Shown here: piece by piece, positions 7,623 to 16,941 of the stretch
Layout: each line of letters starts with the position of its first letter
Position numbering within the stretch: position 1 is the first letter of the stretch
Source of the DNA: Gammaproteobacteria bacterium
GTDB lineage: Bacteria; Pseudomonadota; Gammaproteobacteria; Steroidobacterales; Rariloculaceae
Direction of reading: 5' to 3'
Length of the DNA: 64,000 bases
NCBI GenBank assembly: GCA_022825505.1
Contig: JAJDWR010000036.1
Location: forward strand, 6,034-70,033
The notes under the pieces: model-generated
Seen by the model: the letters and a program-made list of their open reading frames with translations, nothing else
Database searches by the model: none
Told to the model about the DNA's origin: nothing
Made by a program: the position numbers and the translations under genes

Positions 7623-8498
7623 ATGTTTCCTGACCGAGAAATTGCGAAAGAGTTGCCTGTTGGCCAGGGTTCGCCAAGACATTCTTGCGTCCCCCGGAAT
7701 GGTGGTTCGCCGGGTACCCTCGTAATGGCGCTTGCAAGCTTCTGTCTTGTAGGCGGACCGGCCCTTGCCCAAAACGAAACGCCGGAAGAAAAAGGCCTGA
7801 GGCTGGCCCTTGAGGCCAGCGCCAGCAACGAGGGCTTCGGGGATTTCACCGCCGGGTTGACGATGGTGCTACGCGACCGGCAGGGACGCGAGAGCGTCCG
7901 CCAGATGCGCTTCAAGGTGCTTGAGGTGCCGGGGGACGGGGACAAGAGCCTGTTCGTATTCGATCAACCGCGGGACGTGCAGGGAACCGCTCTCCTGACC
8001 CACGCTCACGCCAACACCCAGGACGACCAGTGGCTGTATCTGCCGGCCCTGGAAAGGGTCAAGCGCATCAGTGCTTCGACGCGGTCGGGATCGTTCATGG
8101 GCAGCGAGTTTTCCTATGAAGACATGAGCGCCCCCGAGGTGGAGGAATACACGTACAGATACCTTCGCGACGAACCCTGCGGCGAACTCACCTGTACGGT
8201 GACCGAGCAGTTTCCTCTGGATGAGAAAACCGGATACAGCCGCAAGGTCATCTGGCAGGATACCGGCGATCTGCGAACGTGGAAGATGGAGATGTACGAC
8301 CGGCGTGACTCGCACCTGAAGACGCTGACTTTTGCCGATTACGGACTCTATCTCGACCGGTTCTGGCGGGCAGGCGAACAGACCATGGTGAACCACCTGA
8401 CCGGCGCGAGCACGGTGCTTCACTGGACCGACTTTGCGTTCGGTACAGGACTCGAAGACGGCGAGTTCACCCAGACGGCACTGCGGCGCGTGCGCTGA
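7623..8498 (+). CDS. Outer-membrane lipoprotein-sorting (LolA-like) family protein
   Basis: The pattern GDKSLFVFDQPRDVQGTALLTH...DDQWLYLPALERVKRISASTRSGSFMGSEFSYEDMS matches the LolA_like family as I recall it. The true start may be ATG 7725 (MALASFCLVGGPALAQ signal). Confidence 0.7.
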   Translation: MFPDREIAKELPVGQGSPRHSCVPRNGGSPGTLVMALASFCLVGGPALAQNETPEEKGLRLALEASASNEGFGDFTAGLTMVLRDRQGRESVRQMRFKVLEVPGDGDKSLFVFDQPRDVQGTALLTHAHANTQDDQWLYLPALERVKRISASTRSGSFMGSEFSYEDMSAPEVEEYTYRYLRDEPCGELTCTVTEQFPLDEKTGYSRKVIWQDTGDLRTWKMEMYDRRDSHLKTLTFADYGLYLDRFWRAGEQTMVNHLTGASTVLHWTDFAFGTGLEDGEFTQTALRRVR

Positions 8499-9733
8499 TG
8501 CAACCTGGCCGCACAGTCGCGGCCCTCGCCCTCGTGTTCATGACCGGCGCGGGCGCCGAAGCGCAAACTCTCGACCTTTCGGGCGACCTGAGCCTGCCTG
8601 CGCGGTGGTATCCCCAATCGCCGGCCTTTCCCGAACAGCGTTCGAGCACCGGTGGGCTGGTCGCGGAGCCGACGCTCTACTGGGAAACCGCGCAGAACAC
8701 CAGCCTGACCCTGACCCCGTTTTACCGGTACGACAGCGCCGATGCGCAACGCACCCACGGGGACGTACGCGAGGCGTACCTGTTGACGTATGGAGACTGG
8801 GGCGAGAATTTCTGGGAGCTCCGGCTGGGACTGGACCGCGCCTTCTGGGGCGTGGCCGAACTGAACAACCTGGTGGATATCGTCAACCAGCTCGACCTCG
8901 TGGAGCATCCCCGCGACCGGCCCAAGCTGGGTCAGCCCATGGCGCGCCTGACGATATCCGGCGACTGGGGCATCACCGAAGCCTTCCTGCTGCCGTATCA
9001 CCGCAAGCGTACGTTTCCGGGCCCCGCCGGACGTTTGAGGTCGGGCCTGTTGATCGACGAGAATGCCCTGTACGAGAGCAGCGACGAAGAGCGCCACGTG
9101 GATTTTGCGGCCCGCTACAGCCACTACGTGGGCGTGCTCGATTTCGGCCTGAGCACATTTGCCGGTACCAGCCGCGAACCCTCATTTCTCCTGGGACCTC
9201 CATCGGAGCTGCAGCCGGCGACCGTCCCGCGCCTGATCCCGTACTACGAGCAGATCCGGCAGTTCGGGATCGACGCGCAACTCACAACCGGGACCTGGCT
9301 TTACAAGATGGAAGCCATTCACCGCAGCGGGGTACGCAATCTGCTGGGGCAGAAGGAGGATTACCGCGCCTCGATCCTGGGCCTGGAACGCACGGTCTAC
9401 GGCCTGTTCGGGTCCACAAGGGACCTGACCCTGCTCGCCGAGTGGCACCACGACGGGCGGGGCCACCGTGCGCCGACCGCCTGGGACAACGACGTCTTTA
9501 TCGCCGGCTTCCTTGCGTTCAACGATGTGGCGGGCACCGAGCTCATCGCGGGCATCCTGGCTGACCTGGGCCACGATTACCGGGCGGTGAACTTCGACCT
9601 GAAACGCCGCCTGTCGGCCAGTTGGTCCATGCGCCTGGAGTCGATCGTGGTCGTCAGCGCGGATCCTGCGGACCTGACCTACGACGTACGGCGCGACAGC
9701 TTCCTGGGCGTGGACTTCACGTTCAGCTACTGA
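8498..9733 (+). CDS. Putative outer-membrane beta-barrel protein
   Basis: Signal peptide (AALALVFMTGAGAEAQ). Alternating amphipathic segments. C-terminal GVDFTFSY, an aromatic terminal residue typical of OMPs. The start overlaps the upstream stop (TGATG). Confidence 0.55.
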   Translation: MQPGRTVAALALVFMTGAGAEAQTLDLSGDLSLPARWYPQSPAFPEQRSSTGGLVAEPTLYWETAQNTSLTLTPFYRYDSADAQRTHGDVREAYLLTYGDWGENFWELRLGLDRAFWGVAELNNLVDIVNQLDLVEHPRDRPKLGQPMARLTISGDWGITEAFLLPYHRKRTFPGPAGRLRSGLLIDENALYESSDEERHVDFAARYSHYVGVLDFGLSTFAGTSREPSFLLGPPSELQPATVPRLIPYYEQIRQFGIDAQLTTGTWLYKMEAIHRSGVRNLLGQKEDYRASILGLERTVYGLFGSTRDLTLLAEWHHDGRGHRAPTAWDNDVFIAGFLAFNDVAGTELIAGILADLGHDYRAVNFDLKRRLSASWSMRLESIVVVSADPADLTYDVRRDSFLGVDFTFSY

Positions 9734-9829
9734 TGACGGCATTGGCCTGGAACGAGTACTCCGGAAAACGGAAACCGGACGCCGCCAGAGGAATTCGCCA
9801 GTGAATTTCGCCGGAGGAATTCAAGTAGC

Positions 9830-11104
9830 GTGATACAGCCAGGCGCTAAATCGTTGCGGAGGATCGCGGTAATCGGCCGGGGAACGGCAGGCTCCCTGGC
9901 CGCCGCCAGCGTGACGCGCATGCATCCGGACAGCGGCCACGAACTGCACCACATCTACGACTCGCGCATCCCCGTCATCGGCGTGGGCGAAGGCAGTTGG
10001 CCGAGCCTGGTCCAGGAATTGCAGAAACTGACGAACTTGTCCCAGGAAACCGTTCAGCAGCGACTGAACGGAACCCGCAAGTACGGCGTTGCCTTCGAGG
10101 GATGGGGCCGGCGCAAGCGAAACTTTACCCACTACTTCACCCCGCAGCAGGTCTCCTACGCCTACCACCTCTCCGCCGACGTGATGGCGGACCTTCTGCA
10201 CGAGAGCACGCGCGCGCGCCACATCGACGCGAACGTGACCAATATCACCCGGGTGAAGGGCGGCGCACAGGTGGAATTCGACGGCCGGGCGCCGCAACGG
10301 TACGACCTGGTCTTCGATGCCCGCGGGTTTCCCAGGAAACTGAACCCCGACCGGCACATCGAGATTTCCTTCATCCCCACCAATACGGCCGTTATCCGCC
10401 GCTGCCCGGCCATCGTTCGGCACGAGCAGGACGGGCCGGTGGTGAAACACACCTACACACGTGCGGTTGCGCGCCCTCACGGCTGGATATTTGTCATCCC
10501 GCTGACCGTGCACACCTCCTACGGGTACATTTTCAACCGCGATGTTTCAAACCTCGCCGAAGTCGAGTCGGACTTCGACGAGTTCCTCGAGGCCGACGGC
10601 GTGCCGGAATTCGAGCAGCGCGCCGTCATTCCCTTCCCCAACTTCGTCCACCGCAAAATTTACGATGGCGTGGTGGCCCGCATCGGCAACGCGGCCGCCT
10701 TCATGGAGCCCCTGGAAGCCACGGCCATCGTATCGGCCCAGATACAGATCGGGATGGTGCTCCAGATGCGCCTGAACCGTGCGATCGAGCACCTCGAGCG
10801 CGACGCACCGGTGGTCAATCGGTTCCTGATCAGCAACATGCTCTGCTACGGCCTGTTCGTCGGCTGGCACTACTCCCGCGGCTCCAACTACGACACGGAG
10901 TTCTGGCGTTTCGCCCGGCATGACGTCTGGCCGAGGCACCGTACCGCCGCCGCCCCCGAGGCGGTGGATTGCACCGCGCTGAGCAAGTTCGATGAAATGA
11001 TCGACCTGCTGAACCAGCCGGTCATCGACAAGGAGGACTGGGACCGGATGTGCGCAGTCCCGCTCACCAGCTACGCGCAGATGTCCCAGGGGCTGGGAAT
11101 TTAG
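9830..11104 (+). CDS. Tryptophan-halogenase-family FAD-dependent protein
   Basis: GTG start with GGAGGA upstream. N-terminal Rossmann motif IAVIGRGTAGSLAA, then VIGVGEGSWPSL. HGWIFVIPL resembles the WxWxIP motif, with the second W replaced by F. Confidence 0.6.
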   Translation: MIQPGAKSLRRIAVIGRGTAGSLAAASVTRMHPDSGHELHHIYDSRIPVIGVGEGSWPSLVQELQKLTNLSQETVQQRLNGTRKYGVAFEGWGRRKRNFTHYFTPQQVSYAYHLSADVMADLLHESTRARHIDANVTNITRVKGGAQVEFDGRAPQRYDLVFDARGFPRKLNPDRHIEISFIPTNTAVIRRCPAIVRHEQDGPVVKHTYTRAVARPHGWIFVIPLTVHTSYGYIFNRDVSNLAEVESDFDEFLEADGVPEFEQRAVIPFPNFVHRKIYDGVVARIGNAAAFMEPLEATAIVSAQIQIGMVLQMRLNRAIEHLERDAPVVNRFLISNMLCYGLFVGWHYSRGSNYDTEFWRFARHDVWPRHRTAAAPEAVDCTALSKFDEMIDLLNQPVIDKEDWDRMCAVPLTSYAQMSQGLGI

Positions 11105-11114
11105 CGCCTGGCCT

Positions 11115-13571
11115 TTAGAGCGAGTCGATATCAGTAGCAGCTTGACCGGCGGTCTCGTGCACGGCCGTTGTCAGGGATTCGAAATCGGCGAAGCCGCACG
11201 ACCTGGCAATTGCCGCCCTTACACCGGGCTTGGCCGCCTCGACGTCCAGAGACCCGTCGGCCACAAGGCAGCGAATCCCTTGCAGATTGCGCCACAAGGC
11301 TGCTGCCTGGGCCAGGCGCTCGGCGGTTTCGCCGTCCATCAGGCCGCCCTCACCGGCGGTGCGGAACGTGGTTCCGGCATCGAGCGTCTCCAGGCCGTCA
11401 TCGCCGTCGGCAAGGCGCAGGCGTAACTGGCGGGCGGCACGTTCGACCGCCCCGAAACCGCCGCGTTCGGGTTCGAGCGGCGAGTTGGCCCTCTCGGTGG
11501 GCTCGATCACGCTTCCTTCGGGCCCGCCTGGGCTGCCGTCAGGCTCGCTGCCGCCGGCGACGGGCTCGCTGTAGCTGTTGTCTGGCTCGCCGATGGAACC
11601 CGCGCCACTGCCCTCCCCGGCCAGCGCTTCGCGCCGGGCCGTTTCGAATTGCGTTTCGATCATGGCGTCGCCGAACGAGAAGATGCACCTGGCCCGGGTC
11701 AGGTCCCCGGGTTCGCTCGGCACGCCAGGGCCGCCGAACCCGGCCCCGAACTCGGCGAGCGAAACGGCAGTGACCGTACTCTCCCCGCGCGACGTCGGAG
11801 CAAACAGCAGATTGTCCTGCGTGAGCGCGTGCAGCGCATCGCGAATGCGCCGGCACAGTGCCTCGTAGTGCGCCGCCGGGCCGCCCTCGTGGACCAGCAG
11901 CATCCGCAGTTCGAGGCCGGGTGCGGCCTCGCCGCTTGCCGCATCGCCCAGCACGACCGCGGCAAGGCCGCCCGTGGCGCCGAGGCTGCCAAAGTCCTCT
12001 TCGATCGACCCGAGCACGGCGCCCACGGACGCTTCGGCGATGTTGGACAGCGCCGTCCCGGCCTCGATGGGCGTCAGGTTTCCGCGCAGGGTATGCATCC
12101 CGATCTGGAACGCCTTGTCGTTGGTCCAGTTCCTGGCGGCATCCACGGTTTCGCGCACGTCCTGGACCGGGTAATCGTCGATACGCGCCCGCATTTCGGC
12201 GACGTCCAGTTCCCGAGTCCAGTAAATCCGGGTGAGTCCGCGGCGCGCGATGGACTCGACTTCCGCGGTCGGGCCGAAACCCTTGGGCAGGTCGAGGTCG
12301 GTGAATTCCCTGTTCCTGAGGTTGTCCAGCAGTTCCGGAGACCGGTCGATCCAGGCGGCCAGCCGCGGAGCCGACGCGAAGATCTCTTCAATCTCCTCGA
12401 ACGCGTCGGGGCGCTCTGCGGTGGCCGGACTGTCGTAGGCGCTCCAGTCGTCGATATCGGGATAGAAATGCTTGCGCCAGCGGTCCACGCGCGGGTCCAT
12501 CTTCTCGAACCAGCGGCGCGGCCTTACCGCCAGGCCGGCCATCTCGACATAGGTCCCCGGCAGTTGCGGCGCGGCATCGGGGCCGCAGTGCTGCAACAGC
12601 GGATAGCGCCGCCCCGGCGCGATGTGGTGGTCCGGGTGGCGCTGCATGTTGAAGAAGAACCAGTTGCTCAACTTGTACGCCGCGCTCCAGGAATGCCAGG
12701 GCTGGACTCGCTCGTACCGGCCGTTCGGCAGCCGGATGCGCCGCAGCCCGTAGTGCTGGACGTAGTTGATGAGCTTCATCGACATGATGATGCAGGTGCA
12801 CAGAATGACGTAGCCCAGCACGGCCCATGGGCCGCCCATCCAGTACATCAGCACATACCAGGCGGCGGTTACGCCCACGTATCGCCAGAACGGATTCGTG
12901 TAATGCCAGACCGGCAGGCGGCGGCGAGTCAGCCGCTGCCGTTCGAACACCCAGGCGCCGGTGAGGTTGCTCTTGATTTCCCGGGGGAGGTAACGCCAGA
13001 AACTCACCCCCTTGGGTGCAGAACCGGGATCTCCCGGGGTACCTACAAGGGAATGGTGGACAAAGATATGTTCCGACGCATAGGTCGGATACGAGACCGA
13101 AGCCAGGATGACCTCGCCAAGCCGGCGTTCCCACACCGCGCGCCGATGAATCAGTTCATGGCCGACAATGAACGAGACCTGGCCCACAGTGGTCAGCACG
13201 AACGCCATCAGGATGATTTCGAACAGCGCCAGGTGATCCGAAAGAAACATCTGCCAGAGGCAGAACACAAACGTGACCGGCCAGAGGATGCCCCACGCCC
13301 AGCATGACAGCTTGTACCAGGACAACTGCCGGTCGATCGTGCGCCGCGGGTCCATGTTTCCCTCGTCGGCGCCGGACATGGCATCGAAAACGTCCGGAAT
13401 CATGAAATAGAGGTAGGGGGCGGCGATCCACCAGCTTCCCTGCACCGCGGCGATGGCCATGAACGGGAACACGCCCAGCGAAAGAAAATACGGAAGCGAG
13501 TTGGCGAATGACGGCAGGACAGGCACGTCCGGCACCGCCGAATCGGGACTCATGCTGGGTTGCTCAGCCAT
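11115..13571 (-). CDS. AlkB-type membrane di-iron alkane hydroxylase fused to a ~430-aa C-terminal GlnE-like (degenerate nucleotidyltransferase) region
   Basis: All four His boxes are present: GHELIHRR, SEHIFVHHSLVG, LINYVQHYGL, NMQRHPDHHIAPGRRY. The C-terminal part (FQIGMHTLRGNLTPIEAGTALSNIAEASVGAVL ... LAAVVLGDAASGEAAPGLELRMLLVHEG) resembles the GlnE adenylyltransferase core, but the G-S/DxD positions are substituted. Confidence 0.75.
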   Translation of the reverse strand: MAEQPSMSPDSAVPDVPVLPSFANSLPYFLSLGVFPFMAIAAVQGSWWIAAPYLYFMIPDVFDAMSGADEGNMDPRRTIDRQLSWYKLSCWAWGILWPVTFVFCLWQMFLSDHLALFEIILMAFVLTTVGQVSFIVGHELIHRRAVWERRLGEVILASVSYPTYASEHIFVHHSLVGTPGDPGSAPKGVSFWRYLPREIKSNLTGAWVFERQRLTRRRLPVWHYTNPFWRYVGVTAAWYVLMYWMGGPWAVLGYVILCTCIIMSMKLINYVQHYGLRRIRLPNGRYERVQPWHSWSAAYKLSNWFFFNMQRHPDHHIAPGRRYPLLQHCGPDAAPQLPGTYVEMAGLAVRPRRWFEKMDPRVDRWRKHFYPDIDDWSAYDSPATAERPDAFEEIEEIFASAPRLAAWIDRSPELLDNLRNREFTDLDLPKGFGPTAEVESIARRGLTRIYWTRELDVAEMRARIDDYPVQDVRETVDAARNWTNDKAFQIGMHTLRGNLTPIEAGTALSNIAEASVGAVLGSIEEDFGSLGATGGLAAVVLGDAASGEAAPGLELRMLLVHEGGPAAHYEALCRRIRDALHALTQDNLLFAPTSRGESTVTAVSLAEFGAGFGGPGVPSEPGDLTRARCIFSFGDAMIETQFETARREALAGEGSGAGSIGEPDNSYSEPVAGGSEPDGSPGGPEGSVIEPTERANSPLEPERGGFGAVERAARQLRLRLADGDDGLETLDAGTTFRTAGEGGLMDGETAERLAQAAALWRNLQGIRCLVADGSLDVEAAKPGVRAAIARSCGFADFESLTTAVHETAGQAATDIDSL

Positions 13572-13710
13572 TTCAAAATGACCCTGTTGAAGCGGCTATT
13601 GCCCACAGGACAATATTGCCGCCGGGTGTCTTTGACCGTCAAGCCACGGGAACGGTTCATGCCAGGCCTTTGAACGTGCCGTGAATCCACCGGCCAACTG
13701 ACCCCTCGGA

Positions 13711-16700
13711 TCAGGCTTCTGCGCGAGAACGCTCCCTGACTTGCAGCACAATACCGTAGACGACCGGCAAGACCAGAAGGCATAGCAGCAGCGTAGTGAC
13801 CATGCCGCCGATCATCGGCGCGGCGATTCGCTGCATGACGTCCGATCCCGCACCGCTGGCCAGCATGATGGGCAGCAGTCCCACGATGGTCGACACCGCC
13901 GTCATGGACACCGCCCGCACCCGGCGTGAGGTGCCCAGATGGACCGCTTCGCTTATTTCCCCGGCCGTCAGGGAGACGACGCTCGCTCCGGCGTGCGACC
14001 AGGGCACCGGCGCATCGCCATGCGAAACGACGTCGTGCCCCCCCTCGGGCGAAAGTGCCTCGTGCTTTTGCCGGCGCCGTTCCGCGACCGCCTTTTCGAT
14101 AAAGGTCAGCACGAGCACGCCCGTTTCCACGGCAACACCGGCAAGGGCGATGAACCCGACGGCTACAGCCACGGAGATATTGAATCCCAGCCAGTGCACG
14201 GCCCAGAAGCCGCCTACCAGCGCGAACGGTACCGAGAGCATCACGGTCAACGGTGCGGCGACGTTGCGGAAGTTGAGATACAGCAGCAGGAACATCAGGA
14301 ACAGGGTCAGCGGTATGACGACGCGAAGCCTGGCGGCCGCCCGCTCCAGGTATTCGTACTGGCCCGACCACGTGAGGGCATAGCCGGGTGGAATCGTGAG
14401 CTGCTCTGCCAGCAACGCCCGTGCCCGGGTCACGTAGCCGCCCACATCCGAGGTGGAAATGTCCACGGACACCCATGCATTCGGACGGGCGCCTTCGCTC
14501 TTGATCACCGGCGGCCCGCGATTCAATTCGATGTTCGCGAGCTGGCCGAGCGGGATCTGCGCGCCGGACGGCGTGGGAATCAGCACGCGCTGCAATTGCA
14601 GCGGGTCGTCCCGCAACTCCCGCGGATAGCGAATGTTGACCGGGTAACGCTCCAGGCCCTCCACGGTTTCGGTCACCTGGACGCCGCCGATGGCGGACAT
14701 GATGACGTCCTGGATGTCTCGAACCGTCAGGCCGTAGCGGGCGGCTTCCGGCCGCCGGATATCGAAGTCCAGAAAGTAACCGCCCGCCGCCCGGTCGCCG
14801 AACGCCGACAGGGTATCGGGGAGGGAAGTCATGATCTGCTCGGCATCCAGAGCCAGGCGCTGAAGCTCTTCCAGGTCCGGCCCGCTGATCTTGATCCCCA
14901 CCGGGGTCCTGATGCCCGTGGAAAGCATGTCGATCCGGGTCCTGATGGGCATCGTCCAGGTATTCGCAAGGCCCGGGAAGCGGATGGCGGCGTCCATCTC
15001 CCGCATGAGGTCCGATGTGGATTTGCGCGGATCCGGCCATTCTCCCTTCGGTTTCAGCTGCACCACCGTCTCGATCATCGACAGGGGCGCCGGATCCGTC
15101 GCCGTTTCGGCGCGGCCGATCTTGCCGAACACCGATTCCACTTCCGGGAACGTGGTCAGAATCCTGTCCGTCTGCTGCAGCAATTCCTCCGCCTTGGTGA
15201 TGGAAACGCCCGGGAACGTCGTCGGCATGTAGAGAATGTCGCCTTCGTCCAGCGGCGGCATGAACTCGGTCCCGAGCCGGGAAAGCGGAAACCAGACGGT
15301 TGCCAGTACCCCCGCTGCAACGACCAGGGTTACAACACGCCAGCGGAGAAAGCCGCGCAGGACCGGGGCGTGAACCGCGCGCAGCAAACGGGTGATCGGA
15401 TTGGCCGACTCCGGAAGGATACGGCCGCGCACGAGCAACCCGATCAGCAGCGGCACGACGGTCACCGCCAGCAGCGCCGCGCCCACCATGGAATAACTGC
15501 TCGTGAACGCCAGGGGCTTGAAGAGCCGGCCCTCCTGCGCTTCGAGTGTGAAGATTGCGAAGTAGGAAACGACGATGACCAGCAGGGAGAAGAACAGCGC
15601 CGGGCCCACCTCCCTGGCCGACTCGACGACGGTTCGCCAGCGCTCTCCTGAAGTCAGCGGTGCGGATTTTTCGGCGGCGGCGCGCGCCAGCCGCTTGTGC
15701 GCGTTCTCGATGAGCACGATGGGACCGTCCACCATGGCGCCGATGGCGATGGCAATGCCTCCCAGGGACATGATGTTCGCGTTGATGCCCTGGATTCGCA
15801 TCAGGATGAAGGCCAGCAGAATGCCGATCGGCAATGTGAGTACCACCACAAGCGCCGACCGCAGGTGCAGGAGAAACACCGCGCAGACCAGCGTCACCAG
15901 CGCAATCTCGATCAGCAGCGTGTTGGAGAGATTGTCGACAGCGTTCTCGATCAGCGCCCCGCGGTCGTAGACGGGCACGACCTCCACCCCTGCCGGCAAT
16001 CCGGGCTTCAGCTCCTCGAGCCGTGCCCGGACCCGTTCGATGGTTTCGAGCGCATTTTCCCCGTAACGCATCACGACCACGCCGCCCGCCACCTCGCCTT
16101 CGCCGTTGAGTTCGGCCACGCCCCTGCGCAATTCCGGTCCGGTCTGCACCTGCGCGATGTCGCGGACCCGGATCGGGGTGCCCTGCTCGTCCACACTGAC
16201 GGCGACCTGTTCGATATCCTCGATGGACTGGATGTACCCCAGTCCCCGCACCATGTACTCGGTCTCGGACATTTCCACGAGACGGCCGCCCACGTCGCCG
16301 TTGGATCGCATGATGGCCTGCCGGACCGTGGAGATGGGAATGTTGTAGGCAAGCAGTGCGTTGGGATCCACCACCACCTGGTACTGCTTCACGTAACCGC
16401 CGATGGACGCCACCTCGGCGACGCCCGGCACGGTCTGCAACGGGTAACGCAGGTACCAGTCCTGGATGCTGCGCAACTCCGAGAGATCGAGTTGGCCGCT
16501 ACGGTCCACCAGCGCGTACTCGTAGATCCAACCCACGCCGGTCGCGTCGGGGCCCAGGGTCGGCGTGACCCCCTCCGGCAAGCGGCCGCTGACGTAGTTG
16601 AGGTACTCCAGTACGCGCGACCGGGCCCAGTACATGTCGGTGCCGTCGTCGAAGATGATGTAGACGAAGGAAAACCCGAAGAACGAGAAACCGCGCACGA

Positions 16701-16941
16701 CGTTTGCGTACGGCACCGCCAGCATGGCGGTGGTCAGCGGATAGGTGACCTGGTCTTCCACCACCTGGGGGGCCTGCCCCGGGTACTCGGTGAACACGAT
16801 CACCTGGACGTCCGAGAGATCGGGAATCGCATCCAGCGGCGTGTCGCGCAGCGCCAGCACGCCCGCGACGACGAGCACCACCGTGAGAACCGCGACCAGC
16901 AGCCGGTTCCCGGCCGAGGCGGCGATGAGCCGTTCAATCAT
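13711..16941 (-). CDS. cusA: Heavy-metal efflux RND pump, CusA/CzcA family
   Basis: MIERLIAASAGNRLLV...DAIPDLSDVQVIVFTEYPGQAPQVVEDQVTYPL is a canonical CusA N-terminus. 1076 aa with a 12-TM RND layout. It has a His-containing insertion before the last TM pair. Confidence 0.9.
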   Translation of the reverse strand: MIERLIAASAGNRLLVAVLTVVLVVAGVLALRDTPLDAIPDLSDVQVIVFTEYPGQAPQVVEDQVTYPLTTAMLAVPYANVVRGFSFFGFSFVYIIFDDGTDMYWARSRVLEYLNYVSGRLPEGVTPTLGPDATGVGWIYEYALVDRSGQLDLSELRSIQDWYLRYPLQTVPGVAEVASIGGYVKQYQVVVDPNALLAYNIPISTVRQAIMRSNGDVGGRLVEMSETEYMVRGLGYIQSIEDIEQVAVSVDEQGTPIRVRDIAQVQTGPELRRGVAELNGEGEVAGGVVVMRYGENALETIERVRARLEELKPGLPAGVEVVPVYDRGALIENAVDNLSNTLLIEIALVTLVCAVFLLHLRSALVVVLTLPIGILLAFILMRIQGINANIMSLGGIAIAIGAMVDGPIVLIENAHKRLARAAAEKSAPLTSGERWRTVVESAREVGPALFFSLLVIVVSYFAIFTLEAQEGRLFKPLAFTSSYSMVGAALLAVTVVPLLIGLLVRGRILPESANPITRLLRAVHAPVLRGFLRWRVVTLVVAAGVLATVWFPLSRLGTEFMPPLDEGDILYMPTTFPGVSITKAEELLQQTDRILTTFPEVESVFGKIGRAETATDPAPLSMIETVVQLKPKGEWPDPRKSTSDLMREMDAAIRFPGLANTWTMPIRTRIDMLSTGIRTPVGIKISGPDLEELQRLALDAEQIMTSLPDTLSAFGDRAAGGYFLDFDIRRPEAARYGLTVRDIQDVIMSAIGGVQVTETVEGLERYPVNIRYPRELRDDPLQLQRVLIPTPSGAQIPLGQLANIELNRGPPVIKSEGARPNAWVSVDISTSDVGGYVTRARALLAEQLTIPPGYALTWSGQYEYLERAAARLRVVIPLTLFLMFLLLYLNFRNVAAPLTVMLSVPFALVGGFWAVHWLGFNISVAVAVGFIALAGVAVETGVLVLTFIEKAVAERRRQKHEALSPEGGHDVVSHGDAPVPWSHAGASVVSLTAGEISEAVHLGTSRRVRAVSMTAVSTIVGLLPIMLASGAGSDVMQRIAAPMIGGMVTTLLLCLLVLPVVYGIVLQVRERSRAEA

